A stretch of 64,000 nt of DNA, taken from assembly GCA_009859145.1 (NCBI GenBank), contig VRVR01000005.1:277448-341447 (forward strand), written 5' to 3'. The position numbers and the translations under genes are program-made. Of this stretch, positions 33,008 to 44,400 are shown in pieces. This DNA comes from Andalucia godoyi And28 (taxonomy: Eukaryota > Protista > Jakobida). Each line of letters starts with the position of its first letter. Position 1 is the stretch's first letter. The notes beneath the pieces were generated by a model. The model saw only the letters and a list, made by a program, of their open reading frames with translations. It did not search any database and was not told the origin of the DNA.

Positions 33008-36000
33008 TTACTGACTGATAAACAGATTACGGACACGCTGAAACACATTCTTCAGGGCTTTTCGGACTTCAATATGTGGCGATTCCAATAATGAGATCCA
33101 GGAGTCATAAAATGCATTGACTTGAAGCTTGAAATCGGCGTCAGACAGGTGGCTGAACACGCCAAGCACAGTCAACACAACTGGGACGCACGCAGAGATT
33201 TGAGACAAATCGGAGACCATATTTCTTTCTGAATTCTCAGAGCTATTGAGATTGTCCGAAACATAGCCATTGGAAGCGCTGGCAGAAGAAGTGGTGTCTC
33301 TGCTGCCGCTTTCGCTGGTCAGATCCAGGTAGTTCCGGAACACAGATTGGCAAGCGGCAAACAACGGTCCTTCTGACACCTTCTTCTTCCTGGATTCTTC
33401 GTCAGAGCGACGGCTTTGGTTGCCATGTTCAGATCTGTCAGGGGATGAAAACATGCCAGACATGATGGAAAAGAACGCTTCGGCGGTCTTTGCTTCCACG
33501 GTCAACATCAGTTTGAGGACCGACACACAGTTTGCGTCGATCAGGAACCGTCGACGATCTGCAGACGAATTAAACTCATGTGCTCGTTCAAACAATCGGT
33601 TCACACAATCAAACAGGCGATGCAGTTGGTCTGCAGATACGGTGGAAATAGGAGTATTCACGAATGACTGAGCCACCCGCGCAAGCTCAAGCTGGGCATA
33701 GCACTGAATCTCCCAAACATCGGGCTTTGCAGAGTTTGCAAACGACATGTTGCCAGAAGAAGAACGCTTCGAGAGCGGAGGAGAAGTCGTCAAGTTTCCA
33801 TTGGAGCTCGCTGGCGAAGTAACAGGAGGAGTCGCCGTCGCATCCTCCAATGGGCTCCAGGTGTATGCCCCGGGTGACGTGTACGTGCACATTTTTCCGA
33901 ACATGGTCAACAACGAATCCCAAGTATCTGGTTCCGCTGTCGCCGAAATCTGCGTGACCAGTGACGAAAACGCGTCGCAGCCAATCTTCACCAACGTCTG
34001 GTTCGTCGCGGAAATGCAGGCATCTATCAATCGAGTGACGTCGTGCAGGAGCGGACTGAGACGAGGATAAAAGCAGCAGTACGTATCCACGACGTTCTTC
34101 ATGCACATATCACATGTTAACCTGATCCACTCTGTGTCTTTGCGAACCGCACGGAATCCGTCGGAATCGTCTTCTTGCAGATCGGCAAACAGCGGGAGGA
34201 CCACGCCCGAGAACACAATCTTCCACAAACTGGTACTGAAGAATTCCCCAGCAACTCGCAAGTTGCTGAACAAAATGGTAACAGCCTTGGCTCGCACTGC
34301 ATTCCGGCGATCCATTATCAGGAAAGACAAGCCAGTCAGAACAGGGAACCATGCATGGAGATGCGACTGTATGTCGGAGTAGATCGTGCTTTCCAATGAC
34401 GACTGCTGTTCTTGATGTTCAACAGAAACCTCTCCTTTGGCGTCCGCCAAGACTACGTCAGCCGACGTGTATGGAGGGCACGCAGGAACACCCGGAACAT
34501 CACCGCTCATCATGTGCTCCATGCACTTGCCGAGAAGGTCAATTGCTTGAAGGGAAATTTCTTCAGGAGACCGCAAGTTCTTCGCGAACGAAACCAGGCA
34601 CTTGACACAATCGACAAACGCATCCGCCATGATGGCAAAGTGCGAAAGGACAACGGTTGATGTCTGTTTGAAGGCCAGATCTACAATGACAGTAACGGAA
34701 TCAGAAGCAGCACGATCCAAGACTTGGAAAATTGTTCTCCAACCAGATCTGATGTTCTGAACACGAGTGTTCAACATCTGACTGATACATCGCACCACAA
34801 ACTCTCGGGTATCGGGGCTCTTAGCGTCCCGGATAACATCCTCAAAGGGCTTGAGAAAGTCGCGTTGGAAAGAGTAGTTAACCAGCTCATCTTTTGCCAA
34901 GAATTTCATGGCAAGCTGTCTGACCGAGTCAATCGCATAAATCGCTAGTGATCTGTTTTGATGGCAGCCGACCGCAATGAAATGCTCAGAGAGATAGGAC
35001 CACAAGCGGGACCACACGAGTCGAATGCGCGTCATGTTGATGTCGGCCACCTCGACCATCTTCTGAAGACAGAACATTCTCGGTTCTGACACAGAGCTCG
35101 TTTCATCACGAGACGCCGAGCATAGATTCTCAACAAAATACACAATGGCATCGCTGGAAAGCTGGGACGACCGCTGGAAAATGCGTTCGATTGTATCCAT
35201 GTCCACGATTTGCGCAACAGCAAAGGCGTTCGCAAGCTCAATTGAGGATGCACCCACCTCATTCGGATTCCTTTCAGACAGACCTGATGTTGCCAATTGC
35301 AGCAAACGCTCAATACCGGAAATACACTGAAGAACATCCTTCCACGATGCCTGCAGATTGTTTCCTTCATTCAGCGCAGCCTCAATGATGAAGCAAACAC
35401 ATTCCAAATTGCGCTTGCGCATAGGAATAGACGGTGTGGACAACAGCGAAAATCTTGATAGTGCTTGAATAAACATGGCTCGCTCGGCCTCCATGAAGAA
35501 GGTGCAGGCGATATGAGTACCCAATCGAAGACCTTCAAGCGCGAGATCCACCAGCTTCTCGTCCGTTTCATTGTCAAGAACGGTACTGAAGGGTTTGATC
35601 AGGCTGCGTTTGCACAATTCCATCATGGATCTTATGTGCTCCACTTTGCTCGAAGAATAGAATTGCTTATTGGACGCAATTCCCTTCGACAAGATAACGT
35701 GTGACTGTTCAAAAATCCGCTCAGTCTCCTCGCGCAGTAATCGCTGTCGATTTTTCTTATCTGCCAGCTCAATTTCGAGTTTCTTGTCTTCTTCAAGTGT
35801 GATTGCTTTCTGCACAATGCGTTCATACAACTCTCCCAAGAAGTCCGAGGGCAAATCCTTTCCATCATTGATGCCTCTGTTGTTTGCAATGAACCCCTCA
35901 CGTGTCATCTTACGTTTCACCATCGGATTATGAGCATCGGTTTGCAGCATGATGGTTGAGTACGCAAGGACGTATGCTGTATCCGCACTGGCAAACACCC

Positions 36001-38203
36001 CTGGATTGTCTTTGCAAAACCTTTCCGCAAACTTTTCCATCATGCGATCAATCTTTTGAGCCTCTCCCGGTAAGCGGAATCCCGACAAGAAATGTCGCAG
36101 AGCGTCATCAAACAGCATGCCCTGAAACGCCAGTGCATCAACATAATGGTACAGGACGCGCACATTGAAATCGTCTCCCTCTCCAAGATACTCTCCGACT
36201 TTTGTCTTGTCCAAACCAGGCGTCGTTCGCAAGAAGTATGCCAAAGACTCTGCATCATCAGGTTTGATGCATCCCGCTTCTGCAAGGTACACAATCCCTT
36301 TCTTCGGTTTCTCGTTGAAACGTTTCACGCCTTCCAAGATCTCAATCTTCAGTTGTCGCTGTCGTTCAAACGGATCTGTAATCAGCGAGATGTTCGCGGA
36401 GGACGATCTGGATACGTTGTTGACCTCCTCCTCCTCGTCGATCGATACATCCTCCGTAGACTCCAAGGAACCGAGAGCATCCGACTGTCGGCGTGCATCC
36501 ATCCACAAGCTCATCGAACGCACAAGCGCAGTCAGGGCTTCAAGAGCAAGTACGCGCAGAGAGGATTCGTAAATGGGTGGCTGAGGATTCTGCGGATCAG
36601 AGATCATGGGGGTCTGGAACACAACTGACAAAATCTCAACAAAGCGTTCGAAAACGTTGGATTCCGTGAGTTCGCAGTCGTAGTTGACATACATGTCCAC
36701 CAACATCTGCGGATTCAAGCAAATTTTCAGCATAACCTGCAGCACAATCATTCTCTGGTGGAAAGAGCTGTGGGAGGCCTCGAGAACACGGAAGAAGATA
36801 TTGTTGAAGAAGACTGCAATTTCAATTTTCAAGTATTCCGCAAAATTCGACATCAGCAGCAAAAAGATGGTGGCTGCTAATCGAAACAGAACAGGGACCA
36901 CAGTAATGCAATTCTTCAGGATCGAAATGCAGAGAAACTGCTTGATGGCCAAAATAAATCTGTCATTGGCCTTCAAGCTGGGTCCGGCATGATCTAAAAT
37001 GAGCAACAAATATTCCAATGCTAATACTCTGCTGCGCATGTCCACAGAGTCGGGAGGCGCATCCTCCGGAACAGCCTTCATCGAAAGCTTGCACAACGCA
37101 CGGAACAATAGGAATATATCCTTTTCGTGGATGCTTGCAAAAATTGAAGAAGACGGGTCCTCTGGCTCTGGCATTTGCTGTGGGAGACTTGGCGCGGCAG
37201 AAGCCGCCGCCGACACTGGAGAATTCGTTGCTGTGCTTAGCCCTATGCCTCCGTTCATACTTGGGGTCGGAGAAGACGAGGTTGAGGCCGAGACAACGAC
37301 GGGCAAAGGAGAAGCAGTTGACGCAGGCGACTTTGGGGTACCTGGGGTGGGGGCATTTGAGTTGATGTTTGCATTCGAAGCAAGCATGAGCTTGGCGGAA
37401 TTTGCAAACTCCTCTGCTGCAACGATTCTTGAGAACACATTCACGACAAACGTCTTGATTTCCTCGTCCTCTCGCAGTTCGGGGCTCATGCTCTGCACCC
37501 GTTCTCTGGTTTGTCTCTCTTCCACGAATTCCTCGCCCTTTGAAAGCTGCATGGCATCGACCTTTGAAATTTCGAATCTCTGACACACAATCGACAGCAT
37601 TTGTGCTATGGCGGCTTTTGCAGTTACTTGATTCACCATATTTTTGGACACAAGGTGGATGTTATAACATGTGCGAACTGCAAATAAGAGCGAGGAACCG
37701 TGCACATGAAACATGCAAGTTGCAACCGCGGACAAGAGAATTTTGACGATCAGCAGTTCGACAATTTCTGAATGAACATCGAAACACGAGCATACCGTTT
37801 TGATCACCACATCCGCAAAAATCGATTCATCTGCCCCGGTTCCATTGACAGCAGCGATGTGGACTTGGGCAGCAACAGGCGCAGAGGTCTGAGAAAGCGT
37901 GGACTTCTTCACAATATAATTTCCAATGAGGTTTCCGTTCGTCATCATCGAAAGGATGCAATCCAGTGCAATTTCGACAACCTTTGGGACCTTTGATTCA
38001 CACGCAAGCATGAATGGAATAAAAAATCGGTCTCCCAGACCTTGGCCCCGAGGGAGCGTGACGTTACTGGAATGCTCAAAAAGATTCTCAAGATCCTTTA
38101 GCGATTCCAGACATGATTCCTTGATTTTGGCAAATTTCTTTGAAGAGACATCCTTCAGCAATCGCTCCAAAAGACTCTTAATGTGCAGACTTGCAGACGA
38201 CAT
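33008..38203 (-). CDS. ARFGEF: Large ARF guanine-nucleotide exchange factor, BIG/Sec7 family
   Basis: DCB region, HUS box YVNYDCEL, Sec7 FRLPGEAQKIDRMMEKFAERF and HDS domains; ATG at 38203. Confidence 0.95.
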   Translation of the reverse strand: MSSASLHIKSLLERLLKDVSSKKFAKIKESCLESLKDLENLFEHSSNVTLPRGQGLGDRFFIPFMLACESKVPKVVEIALDCILSMMTNGNLIGNYIVKKSTLSQTSAPVAAQVHIAAVNGTGADESIFADVVIKTVCSCFDVHSEIVELLIVKILLSAVATCMFHVHGSSLLFAVRTCYNIHLVSKNMVNQVTAKAAIAQMLSIVCQRFEISKVDAMQLSKGEEFVEERQTRERVQSMSPELREDEEIKTFVVNVFSRIVAAEEFANSAKLMLASNANINSNAPTPGTPKSPASTASPLPVVVSASTSSSPTPSMNGGIGLSTATNSPVSAAASAAPSLPQQMPEPEDPSSSIFASIHEKDIFLLFRALCKLSMKAVPEDAPPDSVDMRSRVLALEYLLLILDHAGPSLKANDRFILAIKQFLCISILKNCITVVPVLFRLAATIFLLLMSNFAEYLKIEIAVFFNNIFFRVLEASHSSFHQRMIVLQVMLKICLNPQMLVDMYVNYDCELTESNVFERFVEILSVVFQTPMISDPQNPQPPIYESSLRVLALEALTALVRSMSLWMDARRQSDALGSLESTEDVSIDEEEEVNNVSRSSSANISLITDPFERQRQLKIEILEGVKRFNEKPKKGIVYLAEAGCIKPDDAESLAYFLRTTPGLDKTKVGEYLGEGDDFNVRVLYHYVDALAFQGMLFDDALRHFLSGFRLPGEAQKIDRMMEKFAERFCKDNPGVFASADTAYVLAYSTIMLQTDAHNPMVKRKMTREGFIANNRGINDGKDLPSDFLGELYERIVQKAITLEEDKKLEIELADKKNRQRLLREETERIFEQSHVILSKGIASNKQFYSSSKVEHIRSMMELCKRSLIKPFSTVLDNETDEKLVDLALEGLRLGTHIACTFFMEAERAMFIQALSRFSLLSTPSIPMRKRNLECVCFIIEAALNEGNNLQASWKDVLQCISGIERLLQLATSGLSERNPNEVGASSIELANAFAVAQIVDMDTIERIFQRSSQLSSDAIVYFVENLCSASRDETSSVSEPRMFCLQKMVEVADINMTRIRLVWSRLWSYLSEHFIAVGCHQNRSLAIYAIDSVRQLAMKFLAKDELVNYSFQRDFLKPFEDVIRDAKSPDTREFVVRCISQMLNTRVQNIRSGWRTIFQVLDRAASDSVTVIVDLAFKQTSTVVLSHFAIMADAFVDCVKCLVSFAKNLRSPEEISLQAIDLLGKCMEHMMSGDVPGVPACPPYTSADVVLADAKGEVSVEHQEQQSSLESTIYSDIQSHLHAWFPVLTGLSFLIMDRRNAVRAKAVTILFSNLRVAGEFFSTSLWKIVFSGVVLPLFADLQEDDSDGFRAVRKDTEWIRLTCDMCMKNVVDTYCCFYPRLSPLLHDVTRLIDACISATNQTLVKIGCDAFSSLVTQISATAEPDTWDSLLTMFGKMCTYTSPGAYTWSPLEDATATPPVTSPASSNGNLTTSPPLSKRSSSGNMSFANSAKPDVWEIQCYAQLELARVAQSFVNTPISTVSADQLHRLFDCVNRLFERAHEFNSSADRRRFLIDANCVSVLKLMLTVEAKTAEAFFSIMSGMFSSPDRSEHGNQSRRSDEESRKKKVSEGPLFAACQSVFRNYLDLTSESGSRDTTSSASASNGYVSDNLNSSENSERNMVSDLSQISACVPVVLTVLGVFSHLSDADFKLQVNAFYDSWISLLESPHIEVRKALKNVFQRVRNLFISQ

Positions 38204-38290
38204 TGTCCAGACTCGTGAATGCAAGTATCACACGATTCTTACTCTCACCGATACGCACCGATACACTCGCTCACTCAGTCACACCCGCCT

Positions 38291-38324
<34 letters not shown>

Positions 38325-38949
38325 ACACACACACACACACCCCAACACCTAATGCACACACACCCACTTTCACACTCTAGAAAAAGCGAGAAAGCGAGGG
38401 GAGGGGGAAAAGAGAAGCTTACGAAAAAAGGCTGGAAAAAACAAAGAAGGATTACGAAAGACAGGGAGTCTAAATGGAAAATACCAAAACAAGAACGCAA
38501 AGAAGGAAAAAGCAAAAACGAGTAGGAAACGTATGCGAGAGAGAGAGAGAGAGAGAGAATAGGGGGAAAAAAAATAGTAAAAATTGAGCAGCGCTTGTGA
38601 GCAGGATCATTGGCAGATGGGTGGAGCATTTGGGCTTATTGGAATAATGGTGAAGGGAGGGCAAAGACGCGTGTAAAGCACAGCGACTTTTTGCAAAGAC
38701 GGGGGAGGGGAGGGGAGAAAGAGTCGATCAGTGATTTCTTTTCAATAGACTCGTGTCGGACAATAGCAAACAGCTCCGCGGATTCGAATTTGGCAAGATT
38801 TTGTTTTGTGTACATCAAATATTTCTTCACTTTTTTACAGCAGGTGGGAGATGAAGGTTTTTTTTCCAGGCGAAAAAAAGACGGATCAACGAGCGGATGA
38901 TGGAGAGGAGGAGAAGGAGGAGGGCACAATAAGATGCTCAACAGCACGT

Positions 38950-41227
38950 TCAGGATGGTGATCGAAACTCTGCAAGAATTGAAGACGCGGCAGTTGCTCT
39001 GTACCGGATCTCAAGGTTTCGATGGAGCATCTGGTGTGCGATGGAATCCGCAATCGGCTGATGCTTGCGAACTTGGTCTTGCTTTCGCTTTCGATCCGCA
39101 ACGTTCGAGTCCCACATCATGTTTGTAATCACCCAAAGACCCGCGAGGCAAACTTCCGGATTCGGGTGCTCAATTACATTCGCAAGTCTTTGAAGTGTCT
39201 CTTCGGAGAGCAACTCGGCGTTCAGCGCTGCACAGTCCCCCGCAGCAACATTGCCGATCGCAAAACACGCCTGGATAACCACGGATTCAGAAGGCGATTG
39301 AAGAGATGCAAGTAATGTAGGAAGAAGGGACGTTTCGGAGAACGACTGAAGGACATCCCAGATTTCCTTTCGTGATCCGCAAAGCATGTTTCGGACAATC
39401 ACCAGTGCCTTTTCTTGTTCTTTAGGATCTGTGCTCTCCAGGAACGGACGGAGGACAGACCAAGGAACTATGCTGATGATGAGCGGTCGAAGAGTTGCAG
39501 AAGCCGAGAAAAGCGCATTTCCAATTCCAGACAGGCCGTTCAAGCGCATTTCTGGGATTGGGTCTTGGAGAAAACGAACAAACTTGTCCAAAATGCCGCG
39601 CTGGACAAGAAGCTGCTTCATTGGCGACACGTCGATGACGAGGTTGCACAATGCAGAAGAAGCACCAATGCGAACAGACTCCCGGGGATCGTCCAACAAA
39701 GAAAGCAGGGGACCAGCTACCCCCGCATCGACCAATGAAGTGCGCAGCTGGCGAACCGATCTCGACATACATCGCACAAACACGCAAGCAGCACGGCGCA
39801 GATCCGCATTCGATCCAGACAGGAGTTCCACTACTCGAGTCAGAAGCTTTGCTTCTGGCAAATGTCCCTTTGTGTCTGATAGCGCGGGAATCAACGTTGC
39901 GATCGCCAACAGACTGTGCTCACGGACGACACTGCTCGAGTTCTTGTCCAGCACAAAGTCACATAGACGCATGACAAGTTCACTTTCGGATGCAGCTTCC
40001 TTCACTATGACGCCCGCGCCTGCACTAAGAAGTTCCGCCAGCAGCACCACTGCCGGTTCTCGAAATGGGCCCTCGAACAGCACTAGTTTTGACAGCGTCG
40101 GATACAACTGACGCTCCACATCCGGATACAAACTCAGTGCACTGTGCTTGTGCATATGAACAAAGATTCTGCAGGAGAGTATCCTAAGGCTGTTGGATGA
40201 CAGAGATTTGTCGATGAAAACATGCAGCAGCATGCCCATAATCACCTCCTGCGTCGACAAGACGTCACAAAACTCCTTGGAATGCACACAAAATGACCCA
40301 ACGGCTTCAACAGCACTTTCCTTGACCTTCGTTAGCGGTAACATTAAAAAAAAGGACGACGACGACGAAGAAGAAGAATAAGAGGGGGGAAACGTTAGAC
40401 CTTAACAGCATTTGTGGGGGGAAAAACATCAAGTAACACAAGGAAACATCCTGCGAGCGCCAGACACGAAATAGCAAAGATCAGCAATCATACTTTAAGA
40501 TTCGTCGAGCTGGACACGACATTCAGCAGGTTTGAGTGGATTCCCGAGGCAGACAGGATAGATCTGCAGCCTGGATCGCTGGCCAAGACGGAAACAAACC
40601 CGCAGGTCTCTTTGACCACCGCGCTCATGGACTCGTCAACAACCAGCGTCGACGAAAGGTATTGAGCAAACTGCAAGGACTACATCGCATTGCGAAATTA
40701 GTAAATTCTCCAAAAAAGAAGAGGGGCTCGCCTCGTTCATGCACTGAACAATGAGGGTGGTTGTCCCCCCCCCCCCCCCCAGAAAAATATAATAATAATA
40801 TATAAAAAATACACCAAGAAGAGAAGAAAAGAAAGCAACATACGGAACTGAACATCGTACAGCGTTCTGGACGTTGCGTGACCATCAGCCGAAGAGTTCG
40901 AAGGCCTGCCTCGACTGTTTTAGGCGAGGAAAACGACGGAAATCGATGAAAAATAGCTTCGGCGATGTGAAGGTCAAACAATATGAGAGATCGAGATTCA
41001 GAGTTGAGCGAAAGACTTCCACATATGATAATCGCTTGACAAACAATCGACTCTTCCGTGTCGTCTGATATAATACGGCACAACATGGGAATGATCTCCT
41101 TGTCGACAACCTGGTCCTTCCGTGCTGGACTTCCTATAATCAGATTCTTCAGCGACTTGACTGCGCTCAACCGAATTGTCGCATCATGGCTTTCGATTCC
41201 ACTTAGCGTAAGGAGCGACCGTGTCAT
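38950..41227 (-). CDS. ARMC8: ARM-repeat protein ARMC8/Vid28 (GID/CTLH complex)-like; exons about 41227-40844, 40679-40494, 40326-38950
   Basis: AVKSLKNLIIGSPARK and LRRAACVFVRCMSRSVRQLRTSLVD...ALCNLVIDVSPMK; two phase-0 GT-AG introns. Confidence 0.75.
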
Positions 41228-41495
41228 TCTTCCCGCGTCTCGCTTCTGAGCAATAGCAAGCAACGAGTACCTTCTCGCGGCGTGAATTTTTGTTAATTTA
41301 AAAAATTATAATCTTTAAAATAAAAAACAAAACAAAAACAAAACAGATAGGAAAAACAGAAATCGCAACACCGAACCACACCGAACAACACCGAACAACA
41401 CCAAACAACACCGAACAGTAGTTCCATTGGAAAGCAGAGGAAGTTCCAGTGCGATTACAACAGATTTCTCTTTTTTTTTAAAATTTACTGAACGA

Positions 41496-44400
41496 CTACT
41501 GCTGGTCTCCAAACTCGGAAAACTCTCCTTGGCCGGCGAGAGACAGCTGGATCGTAGGACCGCCGTTTTCGCAGACGATGTTAAATACGGAGTGGAAAGA
41601 TCCTTGACGAGGATGGAAAGTTACGTTCACTTTCTCTTGATGCAGGAAAGACTCGCGAGCCGCCAACACAGAGTGCGTGGTTGAGAAAGTAAATCGGTCA
41701 TGGTTCGCTGACGAGCTTGTGTCGGGCTCAATGAACCAGCTTGCCGTTGCTCGGGATTCGTTGCTTACGATAAACGGAAGTGTCACGGCTCTGTTCACTT
41801 TTCCAAACTGAATCGCCTCCGGTTGGATGGATACTCGTGGCAGATGGACAATCGCAGAAACCGGAACAGTCTTGACAGTTCCATCTGAGGATGTGAACTC
41901 GATGGACGCAGAGAAGGACTTCGGGTTCTCGTCGAATACCGCGGGGTCATAGTACGGAGCAGAGAATCCCACGTGAAGATCTAGAGACTCACGAGGATTC
42001 AGAGTGAAAGACGACGACGCATGATGGTTCTTCACGGTCCGCAATTCAAACATCCGCCGCTGATCCTGCGTAACCTTCACGGAAAACGACACTGGAACCG
42101 TCAGCGCGTTCGACACGCAAAAGAATTTCTGTGATGCATCAGCAGTTTGGTTCTGCTGGGAGACGCCGACATGCATCTGAATGCGGTCCACACTGCATTC
42201 TATTGTCTCCTGAATCTTTCCTGCAACAAGATGCATATGGAAATCTTCGACCCGCAATGTTGACTGCAAAATACCACTGTGGCCGTTCCCCAAGGAGCTG
42301 ACAATGCCCAGAAGACGGCCAGAAACACCTCTTGCCGTATTTCCGAGGCTAGATGTGTTGTAGTGGACGGAAATGTGTTTGACTTCGCCAGGCTGGAAAA
42401 CACACTGCACGGAACGACCACGGGGTTGCTGTCCTGGAACTTCCAGCTCAAAACACTCGTGGGCCTCCGTTGGGCGGCGCCTGCTGAACAGCACTCCTGC
42501 AGACTCCGTGCCGTCAGAGACAATCGAAATCTTAATTTCGTCTGAAACGGAAGGTTCGTCTGATTCAACTGCATAGAACGTCGCGGAATACACAAGAGGA
42601 GAGTCATTCTGGATTCTGAGAGTCTGCTTCGAAGAACCGGAAGCACCTGCAAGCGGACGGAAATTCAAAACAGGATGCATTCCAGGAGAATCCGGAATGG
42701 ACAATCCTTGCGTTTTCGGAAGAGCCTTCAAAGGGCAGCCACAGACACCAATCGAGATCGGAATCTCCACAGCGTCTAGTCCATGAATTTCTACGACAAG
42801 GGTATCCTCATAAAGTCCAGGGATGTCAGCAACGCAAACAACGTCAACTTTTGCACTGTCCCATGCCTCCAGACGTCCCCCTGAATTTGGAATCATAAAC
42901 GAAATCCCATTTTGAGCATTTGACATCTGTTGCTTCCACGCATTCTCTTCCGACGCCGCCTGCCGGGACTTGAGCATGGACTTTCCGAGATTTGATTTGA
43001 ATTTCGCATCCTCTTCATGAGCATTTGACAAGAGTAGCTTTGTTTTGGTGGCTTCCTTTTCTTTTCCCCTTCTGAATGATCCTTGCAGCGAACTGCTCAG
43101 CGAGCCTCCGTGAATCGAGGATGGACGACTCGGAAGATTTTCCTGGACGCGCTCGAGTTCCTCCGCCCACGAAACACCCGCCAAAGCCACTGTATCCTTG
43201 CGCTTCGTGCCAGAAAGTAACGCAGCAGACATCGGAAGCGCAGCCTGCGCAACCGCATACCGACGCAAGTACATATTATATCTGCTGCGGCACGCAGAAC
43301 GGTTCTGGATCATAATGGATCGCTGGTGCACACAGCCAAGTGCTGCCGAAGAACCATAGTCCAACAGAAGATCCACTCTTTCATCGTCTGCACTGTCCTT
43401 GTCTCCGATCAAGCTGACTCGAGATTCGTCATTTCCAGTTTTTCCAACGACAGATATCGACACAAGCAATCCTTTGACGACCCCACTGAGAGCGATGCCG
43501 AGCAGCTTGGACATGCCATCCACAATACACGGAACGACAAAATCAAACGCGCCTTTCAGCCTTGGAATACAGGTGATTTCAATCGGCATCGTGCCAGTGG
43601 GAGGGAGGATCCCAGCATCTGGAGTGCAAATGACGACAAACTCCTCGGATTCTATTGGCTCCCATTTGAACGGTGCATACACGCCCCCAGGATTCTCGAT
43701 TTCTGTTACCACGGATGCAGGAACGTTTTCGTGCATGACTCCGAGGTCAAAGACAGTTTGGGAGAGTAATGCTCGCGGTCCCTCGGAAACTCCGTGGACA
43801 GACAAGGTGATCGGCGCAGATCGGTTCTTGAAGAAGGCACCAATTTCATCCTTGAGAACTCCAGCTTCCGACGGACGGAAGAACACGGACACAATCTGCG
43901 AGGAGCGAGGCTTGATAACCCCTGCATGCGGAATGAAGATGACATCGGCATCGGACCGAGTCAGCGGTTCATTCACAAATATCTCGAATGCTTCATCGTA
44001 ATCCTCTTGTTTCTCAATGGTCTGCAAAATGGATTCCGACATTATGTTCAGCAAGAAGTGAGTCGGAACATCCGAATGGTTGGTGATTGTCAACGGAGCA
44101 GTAACAGTAGAACCAATGTCGACAACACCGAAATCCACACACGGCTCTGCAATTGATGCAAAGCAGCCGGAAGCGGTCCCAGAAAAAAGAATGGAGGTCG
44201 AGGCGGCAAGTTGCGGAGCGCAAACAGCTTCAAACTCAAACTTTCCAGATCGGAGTGGGGTGACATCAAAGTGCACACGAGCCGTGGAGCCAGCAATCAC
44301 CGTGCCTTGCAGATGAGAGACAACAACTTTCATTCGCAAGGGATCATGCATGATGCTCCACTCATAGTCGATGTCGACATCAGAATCGTTGCGAAGCACA

